This document shows positions 1-6,899 of a stretch of 18,083 nt of DNA, one piece after another (within the stretch, counting starts at the first letter, position 1; every line of letters begins with the position of its first letter). This stretch comes from Elusimicrobiota bacterium. GTDB taxonomy: Bacteria; Elusimicrobiota; Elusimicrobia; UBA1565; UBA9628. The stretch covers positions 16,034 to 34,116 of the forward strand of contig DAHVNA010000023.1 of the NCBI GenBank assembly GCA_027319565.1. Reading direction: 5' to 3'. Made by a program: the position numbers and the translations under genes. Below the pieces are notes generated by a model. The model made no database searches, was not told the DNA's origin, and worked only from the letters and a program-made list of their open reading frames with translations.

Positions 1-188
1 CCGTTTTAAATCGCGATCTTTGGGAAAAGTTAGATAGCTTGATTCATTTATTTGCCGGAAGGTTATCGTGGAAATATATTCCAGGGCACTCGGGGCTTTT
101 CGGCAACACCCGAGCCGATGAGATTGCGGTCGCTTTTTCTAAAGGCGAACCTGTTTTTCTCAGGACGCGCTCCGCGCAAAATACGTAA
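1..188 (+). CDS. rnhA: Ribonuclease HI, 3' part (truncated by window start)
   Basis: Frame +3 translated by hand: VLNRDLWEKLDSLIHLFAGRLSWKYIPGHSGLFGNTRADEIAVAFSKGEPVFLRTRSAQNT*, stop TAA 186-188. Matches the RNase HI C-terminal pattern (V.N.DLW..LD...W..v.GH.G...N...D..A). Not in the ORF track. Confidence 0.9.
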   Translation, partial: VLNRDLWEKLDSLIHLFAGRLSWKYIPGHSGLFGNTRADEIAVAFSKGEPVFLRTRSAQNT

Positions 189-202
189 GAATAATCCCCA
201 AT

Positions 203-532
203 TTAAATCCGGCATTGGCATCCCTTGGCCCGCAACAATTTTCTTTGCTTGAGAGGAGTGTCAATATAGGAGTTTTGAGCGCTTCTTCCAGTCGCCAAGC
301 GTTTTTCCAAAGGGCTTGAGTGATGATATCCCCTTTTCTCCATTTCAGAAACCAAAAGTTCATGCCTTAAAAAAAGAGCTTTAAGATGTCCGAGCCAACG
401 CAACGTTTCGGGATGGCGCGCATATCCTTTTTTTCCTTGAGTCAGAACAGACCAAATGGCGTGGAGTTCGCGATGTTCTCCCAATAAATGATTGCGGCAT
501 AGAAGACTCGGAGGCAAATCCCAAATTCTCAT
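203..532 (-). CDS. Pyrimidine dimer DNA glycosylase / T4 endonuclease V-like protein
   Basis: 109 aa. MRIW...LLGEHRELH, GY..HPET, RH..LV.EM.KRGY.H resemble the DenV/Pyr_excise family (T4 LMAEYRELPR ... LIAECLKRGF). SD-like AGAGGG and an extended -10 lie upstream. Confidence 0.8.
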   Translation of the reverse strand: MRIWDLPPSLLCRNHLLGEHRELHAIWSVLTQGKKGYARHPETLRWLGHLKALFLRHELLVSEMEKRGYHHSSPLEKRLATGRSAQNSYIDTPLKQRKLLRAKGCQCRI

Positions 533-551
533 TAAAACCCTCTTTGATTTA

Positions 552-560
552 ATTCTATCA
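552..560 (-). promoter_or_regulatory. Putative extended -10 promoter (TGATAGAAT) for the denV-like gene
   Basis: Matches TGnTAnnAT, 19 nt upstream of the ATG at 532, with AGAGGG in between. Confidence 0.5.
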
Positions 561-601
561 CGATGACGCCTTCAGTTGGCTGTTAAAACTAATGGAATGG
601 G

Positions 602-617
602 GTATTTGATAAAATAC
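602..617 (+). promoter_or_regulatory. Extended -10 (TGATAAAAT, 607-615) inside palindrome GTATTT-gata-AAATAC; probably a leaderless promoter of the MFS gene
   Basis: -10 hexamer ends 6 nt before ATG 622, no SD, perfect 6-bp inverted arms. Confidence 0.5.
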
Positions 618-621
618 GCCC

Positions 622-1821
622 ATGTCCACCCCCCAAAAGACTTTCAGACGGCAGATTATTCTTTTGGGGGTTTTCCGTTCTTTTCGCAGTGTCGCCGCTG
701 GAATGGTGACCTTGGCTTTTCCTTATCTTATTTTAAAAAATTTACATTTTAGTTCTCTGACCTTGGGCTTTATCTATACCGCGGCGACCTTGGCGACCGC
801 GGGCTTGGGGCTTCTCTGCGGATTTTTAGCGGACACGTGGGGAAGAAAAAAGACCTTGATTTTTATCAGCGTCCTTTTGCCCGTGGGATGCGGAGTGGCC
901 TATTTTTCCCATAATCTCTTCTGGATTTATGCATCCGCGATGTTGGGCGGGTTTTCCGCGACCGGAGCTTTGGCCGGCGGCGGGGTCGGGGGCGCGGCGC
1001 AGCCCATTCAAAGCGCTCTCATCGCCGATTTAACCGCGCCCGAGGAGCGAACCTTCTACTTTTCTATTTTTACCTTTGTTTCCGGCGCTCTTGCGGCCGT
1101 TGGAATCCTGTTAGCCCGGTTTTTCTCGGCTCAAACTAATTTTCTAGCCGCGACCATTATTTCCACGGTGGGGCTTTTGGGCCTTATTCCTTTGAGGCTT
1201 AAAGATCATATCGGAAGCGCAAAAAAATTGCAGGGTAAAAAGACGATCGGGAAATTCGCGGTGACAGGGCTTCTCAACGGATTTTCTCAGGGGCTGATCA
1301 CTCCGTTTCTGGTGCCCTTTTTCGTGATTGTCTATCATGTCCCGCGCCCTCAAATGGCCGTCTACGGATTTTTAAGCGGGCTTTTGGGAGCCGTAGCGAT
1401 GTTGGCCGCCCCTTATTTAGAAAGAACGCTTGGGTTTGTCTACAGCATCGCGGTGACGCGCGGAATCGGCGCGTTTTTGCTTATTCTTTTGCCGGCTCAG
1501 AAAAATTTTATTTTAGCCCTTGCGATTTATTTCTTGACTCCGGCCCTTCGGGTGGCCGCCCTTCCGGCTCAACAAACGGCGATGACGGAATTTGTTCCCG
1601 GGGAAGAACGCGGGCGAGCTCTGGCTTTAAATCAAGTGGCCCGCTTGGGATCTTCTTCCGCCGGCACGGTATTGACCGGAGCGATGTTTAATATCGAGGA
1701 AATAGGCCTTCCATTTTATATTTACGGAGCGGTCATGGCGGTCAATATTGGGCTCTATTTTTTCTTTTTCGGCAAAAAGACCGGGAAAAATATTGAAACT
1801 AAAATCGAAATTTCATCCTGA
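622..1821 (+). CDS. MFS transporter, substrate unknown
   Basis: 399 aa with about 12 hydrophobic segments; motif A GFLADTWGRKK; end-of-half motifs PEERTFYFS and GEERGRALA. Confidence 0.9.
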   Translation: MSTPQKTFRRQIILLGVFRSFRSVAAGMVTLAFPYLILKNLHFSSLTLGFIYTAATLATAGLGLLCGFLADTWGRKKTLIFISVLLPVGCGVAYFSHNLFWIYASAMLGGFSATGALAGGGVGGAAQPIQSALIADLTAPEERTFYFSIFTFVSGALAAVGILLARFFSAQTNFLAATIISTVGLLGLIPLRLKDHIGSAKKLQGKKTIGKFAVTGLLNGFSQGLITPFLVPFFVIVYHVPRPQMAVYGFLSGLLGAVAMLAAPYLERTLGFVYSIAVTRGIGAFLLILLPAQKNFILALAIYFLTPALRVAALPAQQTAMTEFVPGEERGRALALNQVARLGSSSAGTVLTGAMFNIEEIGLPFYIYGAVMAVNIGLYFFFFGKKTGKNIETKIEISS

Positions 1822-1837
1822 GTATTTGTTAAGATAC
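1822..1837 (+). promoter_or_regulatory. Extended -10 (TGTTAAGAT, 1827-1835) inside GTATTTGTTAAGATAC; putative promoter of the UDP-GlcA decarboxylase gene
   Basis: TGnTAnnAT match; 14/16 identical to 602-617; SD GGAG at 1845-1848 before ATG 1856. Confidence 0.5.
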
Positions 1838-1855
1838 TTGGCGCGGAGATTCTAA

Positions 1856-2785
1856 ATGCGAATATTGATTACGGGCGGAGCGGGATTTATCGGGAGCCAT
1901 CTTTGCGAACGGTTTTTAAAAGAAGGGCATTCGGTCACCGCAATTGATAATCTTTTGACCGGACGTTTGTCCAATATCGATCCTCTCTTTAAAAATCCGC
2001 GTTTTACCTTTATTAAGCAGGATGTGACCAACTTTATCCATGTGCCAGGCAAAGTGGACGCGATTTTGCATTTCGCCAGTCCCGCCAGTCCCGTTGACTA
2101 CGCCAAATACCCGATTCCGACATTAAAAGTCGGCGCGCTCGGAACGCATAAGGCCCTGGGCCTTGCCAAGGAAAAAGGCGCGATTTTCATGTTGGCCTCG
2201 ACATCCGAGGTTTACGGTGACCCGGATGTCAGTCCGCAGCCGGAGAGCTATTGGGGGAGGGTCAACCCTATAGGCCCGCGGGGAGTTTATGACGAGGCCA
2301 AGCGTTTTGCCGAGGCGATGACCATGGCCTATCACCGCTATCACGGCCTTCAAGTCCGCATTGTCAGAATCTTTAACACGTTTGGCGAGAGAATGCGCAC
2401 CGAAGATGGGCGTGCGGTGCCGAATTTTATTATGCAGTCTTTACAGGGAAAGCCGATCACAATTTATGGGGACGGCTCACAAACCCGCAGTTTGTGTTAC
2501 GTTTCGGATTTAGTCGAGGGTTTGGCGCGGCTCCTTAAATCCAAGATTAACTCTCCGGTTAATATCGGCAATCCCGATGAAATGACCATCAAAGAAATCG
2601 CTGAAACAATTAAAAGGTTGACTGGATCCAAATCTAAAATCGTCTATAAGCCGCTTCCAGTGGATGATCCAAAACAAAGGCGCCCCGATATTACCTTGGC
2701 TCAAAAGAAATTAGGCTGGAACCCCCGGGTTTCCGCTCAAGACGGTCTTAAGCGGACCATCGCTTATTTTAGAAGCCTGCTTTAA
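1856..2785 (+). CDS. UDP-glucuronate decarboxylase (UDP-xylose synthase) family extended SDR
   Basis: GGAGFIG NAD motif, [36 protein letters not shown] (YxxxK), [18 protein letters not shown], all characteristic of the UXS-like subfamily. Confidence 0.9.
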   Translation: MRILITGGAGFIGSHLCERFLKEGHSVTAIDNLLTGRLSNIDPLFKNPRFTFIKQDVTNFIHVPGKVDAILHFASPASPVDYAKYPIPTLKVGALGTHKALGLAKEKGAIFMLASTSEVYGDPDVSPQPESYWGRVNPIGPRGVYDEAKRFAEAMTMAYHRYHGLQVRIVRIFNTFGERMRTEDGRAVPNFIMQSLQGKPITIYGDGSQTRSLCYVSDLVEGLARLLKSKINSPVNIGNPDEMTIKEIAETIKRLTGSKSKIVYKPLPVDDPKQRRPDITLAQKKLGWNPRVSAQDGLKRTIAYFRSLL

Positions 2786-2867
2786 GCGTTCATTGGAATT
2801 AAGCCTGTTTACAAGCAAAATTCTATTTTTTCTGAATCCCAAAACGGGGAAAGCCTTGGAAATTCGG

Positions 2868-2873
2868 TATAAT
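2868..2873 (+). promoter_or_regulatory. Putative -10 box (TATAAT) of tRNA-Ser
   Basis: Consensus TATAAT ending 10 nt before tRNA base 1; no convincing -35. Confidence 0.5.
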
Positions 2874-2883
2874 TTAGACACTT

Positions 2884-2973
2884 GGAAGGGTGCGTGAGTG
2901 GTTTAAACGGCTCGCCTGGAAAGCGTGTAGGGTCTAACAGCCCTCAGGGGTTCGAATCCCCTCCCTTCCGCCA
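2884..2973 (+). tRNA. tRNA-Ser (anticodon GGA), CCA encoded
   Basis: Acceptor GGAAGGG/CCCTTCC, D arm, anticodon loop CT-GGA-AA (GGA 2918-2920), long variable arm, T arm AGGGG-TTCGAAT-CCCCT, discriminator G, CCA at 2971-2973. Confidence 0.97.
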
Positions 2974-3119
2974 GCTTTGGACGGGATTATTATAAGAGAG
3001 GATTCGAAGCTGACGGAAAAAAACCAATGGTTTGGTTTTTTGACGCAGCGGGCCGCGAAGGAGCGTGAGGCAGAGCCGAGCGCGGGTGAGCGGGAATCCC
3101 CTCCCTTCCGCCAGCTTTG
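2954..3119 (+). repeat. 26-bp direct repeat of the tRNA-Ser 3' end (2954-2979 and 3094-3119) enclosing a 114-bp structured spacer (tRNA-linked repeat)
   Basis: GAATCCCCTCCCTTCCGCCAGCTTTG occurs exactly twice, 140 bp apart. The spacer holds an inverted copy of the T-arm region (2996-3008) and two hairpins. Confidence 0.9.
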
Positions 3120-3120
3120 A

Positions 3121-4572
3121 ATGCCTTTCCTATCCGATATCCGACGCGAAAGCCTTTGGACTGCGGCTGTTTTGCTGATATCCTCGATTATCATTTTAGG
3201 AAGCGCGCCGGCGCAATACCTGGGCCGTCAGCAAGATGATTTAATGTATGCCTTGGCCGCTCAGTCCCTGGCCTACGGACAAGGATTTCGTCTGATCACC
3301 AGTCCCGGGCTGCCTTGGATGAATGTGGTGAGCCCCGGGCTTCCGATATTTCTTTTTCCCATCGCGTATTTTTTCCCAGGGCATTTCGGGCTTTTTGAAC
3401 TTTTCTGCGCTTTTATTCTCTCCTTGTGCCCTTGGGTTTTTTGGCTATGGCTTAAAAAAAGAAAGGTGGCGTTTCCCGCGGATATCCTTTTAGTTTTAAT
3501 TTTTTCCAGCAGTCCGATTATCCTTTCTCAATCGGGAACCGTGATGTCGGAAAGCCTCTTTGTTTTGATGACCCTCCTCTTTTTGCTTTCTATGGAGAGC
3601 GCGTCGTCTTCGCTCAGGTCCTGGGCGGGGGGCTTAAGTTTAATGGCAATCATTCAAACTCGCCTAGCCGGGATTTTCCTTTTCCCCGCCGCTTTCTCCC
3701 GTTCTCTTCGAGAGCGCAAGGGCAAGGAGTTTTTGGGGATTTTAACCTTGTCTTTATTTCCGTTGGCGATCTGGATGTATTATTCGCTGCGCTTTTCCGG
3801 GCAAATTCAAAAAATTAAAGAAGGGCTTGATTTTTACGGCGCGGGCCTATCTTCTGTTTTTGCCGTTTGTTTGAAAAATGCGGCTTATTATTCGATGAGT
3901 TTGGGATTTTCTTTCTTGCCGCGCTGGGCCGCTTGGGCGGCGGGGGAAACCATTGGCGGCCTTTTGTTTTTCGCCGCTTTGTGTGGATTGTGGATATGGC
4001 TCAAAAGAGATTTCTTTGATCCGGCGGCCTGGGCTTTGATTTCAACCTTGGTTTTGCATTTATTTTGGCCCTGGCATTACGACCGCTATTTGATGATGCC
4101 GCTTCCGCTGATTTTGCTGGCATTTTACGATGGGATGAAGCGCTCGGCTGTTTTTGTTTTGGCGGCGCTTTTGTTTGCCCAGATGGCTTTTTATCTCCCC
4201 CAGTTTTTGTCTTTTTCCGGGGAGATAAAGCAGATGGAGCTTAAAGAAAGTTACGCTTGGCTGCGCTTTCATACAAACCCCCAGGATATTTTGTCGAGCG
4301 CGATGTATGTGCGAGACGGGTTTTACTCGGCTCGTCCGAGCCTTCCCTTGGCGCTAAAGCCTTCCGCGGAATCGTTGAATCAGTTTTTGGCGAAACATCA
4401 AGTTCGCTACATTTTATGGGAGGGAAATTTAGACTTGGGGCTCAGCGATCCGGGAAAGTCGCCCATTTATTCCACGCTTCAAAAAATTGATCAGGAATTG
4501 CAAGATTCCAGATTTTTTAAACTCGTTTATGAAAACAGAAGAGAAGATTCAGCGATTTATCAAGTCCGATAA
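3121..4572 (+). CDS. GT-C fold polytopic membrane glycosyltransferase (ArnT/PMT-like)
   Basis: 483 aa, many TM segments; QDDLMYALAAQSL (DD..Y loop after TM1), PGLP, VMSESLF, QTR..G, DRYLMMPLP, short soluble C-terminal domain. Confidence 0.7.
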   Translation: MPFLSDIRRESLWTAAVLLISSIIILGSAPAQYLGRQQDDLMYALAAQSLAYGQGFRLITSPGLPWMNVVSPGLPIFLFPIAYFFPGHFGLFELFCAFILSLCPWVFWLWLKKRKVAFPADILLVLIFSSSPIILSQSGTVMSESLFVLMTLLFLLSMESASSSLRSWAGGLSLMAIIQTRLAGIFLFPAAFSRSLRERKGKEFLGILTLSLFPLAIWMYYSLRFSGQIQKIKEGLDFYGAGLSSVFAVCLKNAAYYSMSLGFSFLPRWAAWAAGETIGGLLFFAALCGLWIWLKRDFFDPAAWALISTLVLHLFWPWHYDRYLMMPLPLILLAFYDGMKRSAVFVLAALLFAQMAFYLPQFLSFSGEIKQMELKESYAWLRFHTNPQDILSSAMYVRDGFYSARPSLPLALKPSAESLNQFLAKHQVRYILWEGNLDLGLSDPGKSPIYSTLQKIDQELQDSRFFKLVYENRREDSAIYQVR

Positions 4573-6244
4573 TTTTTTCTGGGCGCTTTTGCTTGTCTTG
4601 TCTTTCGCCGCCTTTCTTCCGTCCTTGGGCGCGCGAGATTTCTTTTACGATGATCAGCCTCTGGTGGGGCACAACCCCATTCTCGAAGCGGGGTGGAATT
4701 CTTTCCCGCGCCTTTTTTCGACCGGGTACTGGGAGTCGGTGAAAGGAAGCCGCGCTTCCGTTTCCGAATATCGGCCCATCTTGATGGCCACTTTCTTTGC
4801 GGAAGAACGCGCGTTCGGGAAAAATTTACTGGAAATGCACGCCTTCAATCTTTTCTTAAACTTTTTGGCGGGCGGGCTTCTTTTTATTTTGCTTAAGCGT
4901 CGATACGGCTCTTTAGCGGCGAAGGCGGGATCTCTTTTATTTGTCGTGATGACGGTTCATCTGGAGAGCGTTTTTTTACTGGTCGGCCGTTCCGAGCTTT
5001 TGTCGGCGGTTTTTATTTTTTCTTCCTGGATTTGTTTGGATTCCCTCGCCCCAAAAACGCGTCCTTTTTGGGGAACTTTATTTTATGTCTTGGCGCTTTT
5101 AACCAAGGAGTCTTCCATTATGTTTTTGCCGGTTCTTTTTGGAGATGACTGGGTGTCGTTAAAAATGGTTTCTAATTTCAGGGCTCGGAAGATGATTTAT
5201 GCTTTGATGATTTTATTGAGCCTGGCCTATTTGGGTTTAAGGATTCTTATTCTCAATCATCCGTTTCATGGCGGAAACCCTTATTTTACGACTGGCCCTT
5301 GGGTTAAATTTCTGACCATGAGCCTTTTTTTCTGGCAGCGCTATTTTTGGCCCAGCGTTTCCGCTGTCGGGATTTGTTCTGATTTTACCCGGCCCTTGAT
5401 CGCCGATGCCGCTCAAACCTCGCTAGCGGCCTTGAGCGCGTTTCTGTCCCTCATTTTTTTAATCGGAATTTCGTTTTATTTTTTATTTTACCGGCGCTCG
5501 CGCTGGGCTTTCTGGGTCATTTTCCCCTTTTGTTTTTTGCTTCCGACCAGCCATTTAATTATCGCTTTGGACACCATCGGAGCGCAGAGGTTTCTTTATC
5601 TTCCTTCCGCTGCTCTCGCGGCGGGGTTTGGTTTTTGCGTCACTCGCTTGTCCGTCAAAGCCGGGATTCGACTTCTGTCGGTAGCCCTCATTTTATGGCA
5701 GGCCTCGCAATCATTCTCTCAAAGTTTTAATTGGACCACTCCCATTGGTTTTTATTCCGCCGCGGCGCGATGTAACCCGGTTTCCGCCGCAGCCCAATAT
5801 TCCCTGGGGGTTCGGTTCTTTGAAAAGGGCTTGGATGCGGAAGGATTGATCCATATGAAACGCGCCGTTGAGCTTAACCCCAGATATGGAGATATCTGGT
5901 ATGATTTGGCCCGGCTTAATTTCGACAAAAAATATTTTTCCCGCGCCCGGTTTTTCTTAAATAAGGCTTTAAGGTTGAACCCCCAAGATTCCGATAGCCA
6001 TATTCTCTTGGGAGAAATAGATGAGTTGGACGGCCGTCAAAGGCGGGCGGGCCTCGAGTTTAAGAAAGCTGTTTTTCTCAATTCCAACAATCCCTTGGCT
6101 CAATACCATCGGGGAGCATGGCTTTTAAAATCGGGAAAGCCCAAGTTGGCGAGGCCCTATTTTGAGCGATTTATTCAAATGGATCCGCAAAATCCGATGG
6201 CCGCTCCCATCGCGAAATGGTTGGGAGAGTCCAAAGGTCGGTAG
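4529..6244 (+). CDS. TMTC-like GT-C membrane glycosyltransferase with C-terminal TPR repeats
   Basis: FFYDD...NP, EYRP, H.FN, VHLESV..LVGRSELL, LLTKES, AQRFLYLPS match TMTC family motifs, followed by about 4 TPR-like repeats. ATG 4529 preferred over TTG 4487 because the overlap is smaller. Confidence 0.8.
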   Translation: MKTEEKIQRFIKSDNFFWALLLVLSFAAFLPSLGARDFFYDDQPLVGHNPILEAGWNSFPRLFSTGYWESVKGSRASVSEYRPILMATFFAEERAFGKNLLEMHAFNLFLNFLAGGLLFILLKRRYGSLAAKAGSLLFVVMTVHLESVFLLVGRSELLSAVFIFSSWICLDSLAPKTRPFWGTLFYVLALLTKESSIMFLPVLFGDDWVSLKMVSNFRARKMIYALMILLSLAYLGLRILILNHPFHGGNPYFTTGPWVKFLTMSLFFWQRYFWPSVSAVGICSDFTRPLIADAAQTSLAALSAFLSLIFLIGISFYFLFYRRSRWAFWVIFPFCFLLPTSHLIIALDTIGAQRFLYLPSAALAAGFGFCVTRLSVKAGIRLLSVALILWQASQSFSQSFNWTTPIGFYSAAARCNPVSAAAQYSLGVRFFEKGLDAEGLIHMKRAVELNPRYGDIWYDLARLNFDKKYFSRARFFLNKALRLNPQDSDSHILLGEIDELDGRQRRAGLEFKKAVFLNSNNPLAQYHRGAWLLKSGKPKLARPYFERFIQMDPQNPMAAPIAKWLGESKGR

Positions 6245-6266
6245 CCTCTTTTTAGTAAAATAGCTC

Positions 6267-6899
6267 GTGCGAAAGAAAGGGATTTTGATTGTCTTTGAAG
6301 GGCCTGATAAATCCGGAAAATCGACCCAGGCCAAGCTTTTAGCCCGCGAACTCGAAAAGCGCGGTTTATCGGTTCTTCATACCCGGGAGCCGGGGGGAAC
6401 TCCGTTTGCGGAAGATATCCGGCATATTCTGCTCGATACTTCATATGAACTGTCGCCTTTAAGCGAACTTTTTCTCTACGAGGCGGCGCGCGCCCAGCAT
6501 ACGCAAGAGACCCTTTTGCCCGCTCTTAAAGCTGGAAAAATCGTCATTTCCGAGCGCTATGTTTTGGCGAGTCTGGCTTATCAAGGCTACGGACGCGGGA
6601 TTCCGCTTCAGCGCGTCAAAGACCTCAACGCAGTGGCTTCCGGAAATCTCAAACCCCATCTGACGATTCTCATTGACGTCCCTGTTCATTCTTTTTCCCA
6701 AAGGATGAAAGGATCTCCCGATCGCCTGGAAAAAGAAGGGGTTGGTTTTCGCCAGCGCGTGCGCCGGGGATATCTTAAGCTTTCTAAAAAAGAGAGAAAC
6801 ATTTTCCTCGTTGACGGACGCGGGAGAATTGAGGATATCCATGCGAAAATTGTTTCCAAAATCGATAAACTCATTTCTTCTTCTGGGCGCGGGATATGA
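6267..6899 (+). CDS. tmk: Thymidylate kinase
   Basis: IVFEGPDKSGKSTQ P-loop, TREPGGT, ARAQH, ERY..S.AYQG.GRG, DRLE; directly upstream of holB. GTG start with TAAAAT (6256-6261) 5 nt upstream. Confidence 0.95.
   Translation: MRKKGILIVFEGPDKSGKSTQAKLLARELEKRGLSVLHTREPGGTPFAEDIRHILLDTSYELSPLSELFLYEAARAQHTQETLLPALKAGKIVISERYVLASLAYQGYGRGIPLQRVKDLNAVASGNLKPHLTILIDVPVHSFSQRMKGSPDRLEKEGVGFRQRVRRGYLKLSKKERNIFLVDGRGRIEDIHAKIVSKIDKLISSSGRGI

Noticed and set aside
52..363. Track ORFs 52..252 (+) and 160..363 (-)
   Set aside because: Out-of-frame shadows of rnhA and the denV-like gene, with no recognisable motifs.
3010..3049. Hammerhead-like CTGAC..stem..GA pattern, or an intrinsic terminator
   Set aside because: Lacks the CUGANGA and GAAA core of a hammerhead. 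The stem before the T-run is AT-rich and better explained as part of the larger fold, though weak termination cannot be excluded.
2954..3119. Possible CRISPR array or intact integrated island
   Set aside because: Only two repeat copies, derived from the tRNA, with a 114-bp spacer. No cas or integrase genes and no further att copy were seen in the window.
2934..3194. 86-aa minus-strand ORF
   Set aside because: Antisense to tRNA-Ser, the repeat and the GT-C start; its GGREGIRTP ending is a typical tRNA-shadow translation.
4487..4528. TTG-started N-terminal extension of the TMTC-like gene
   Set aside because: Would overlap the upstream CDS by 86 bp; the in-frame ATG at 4529 is more plausible.
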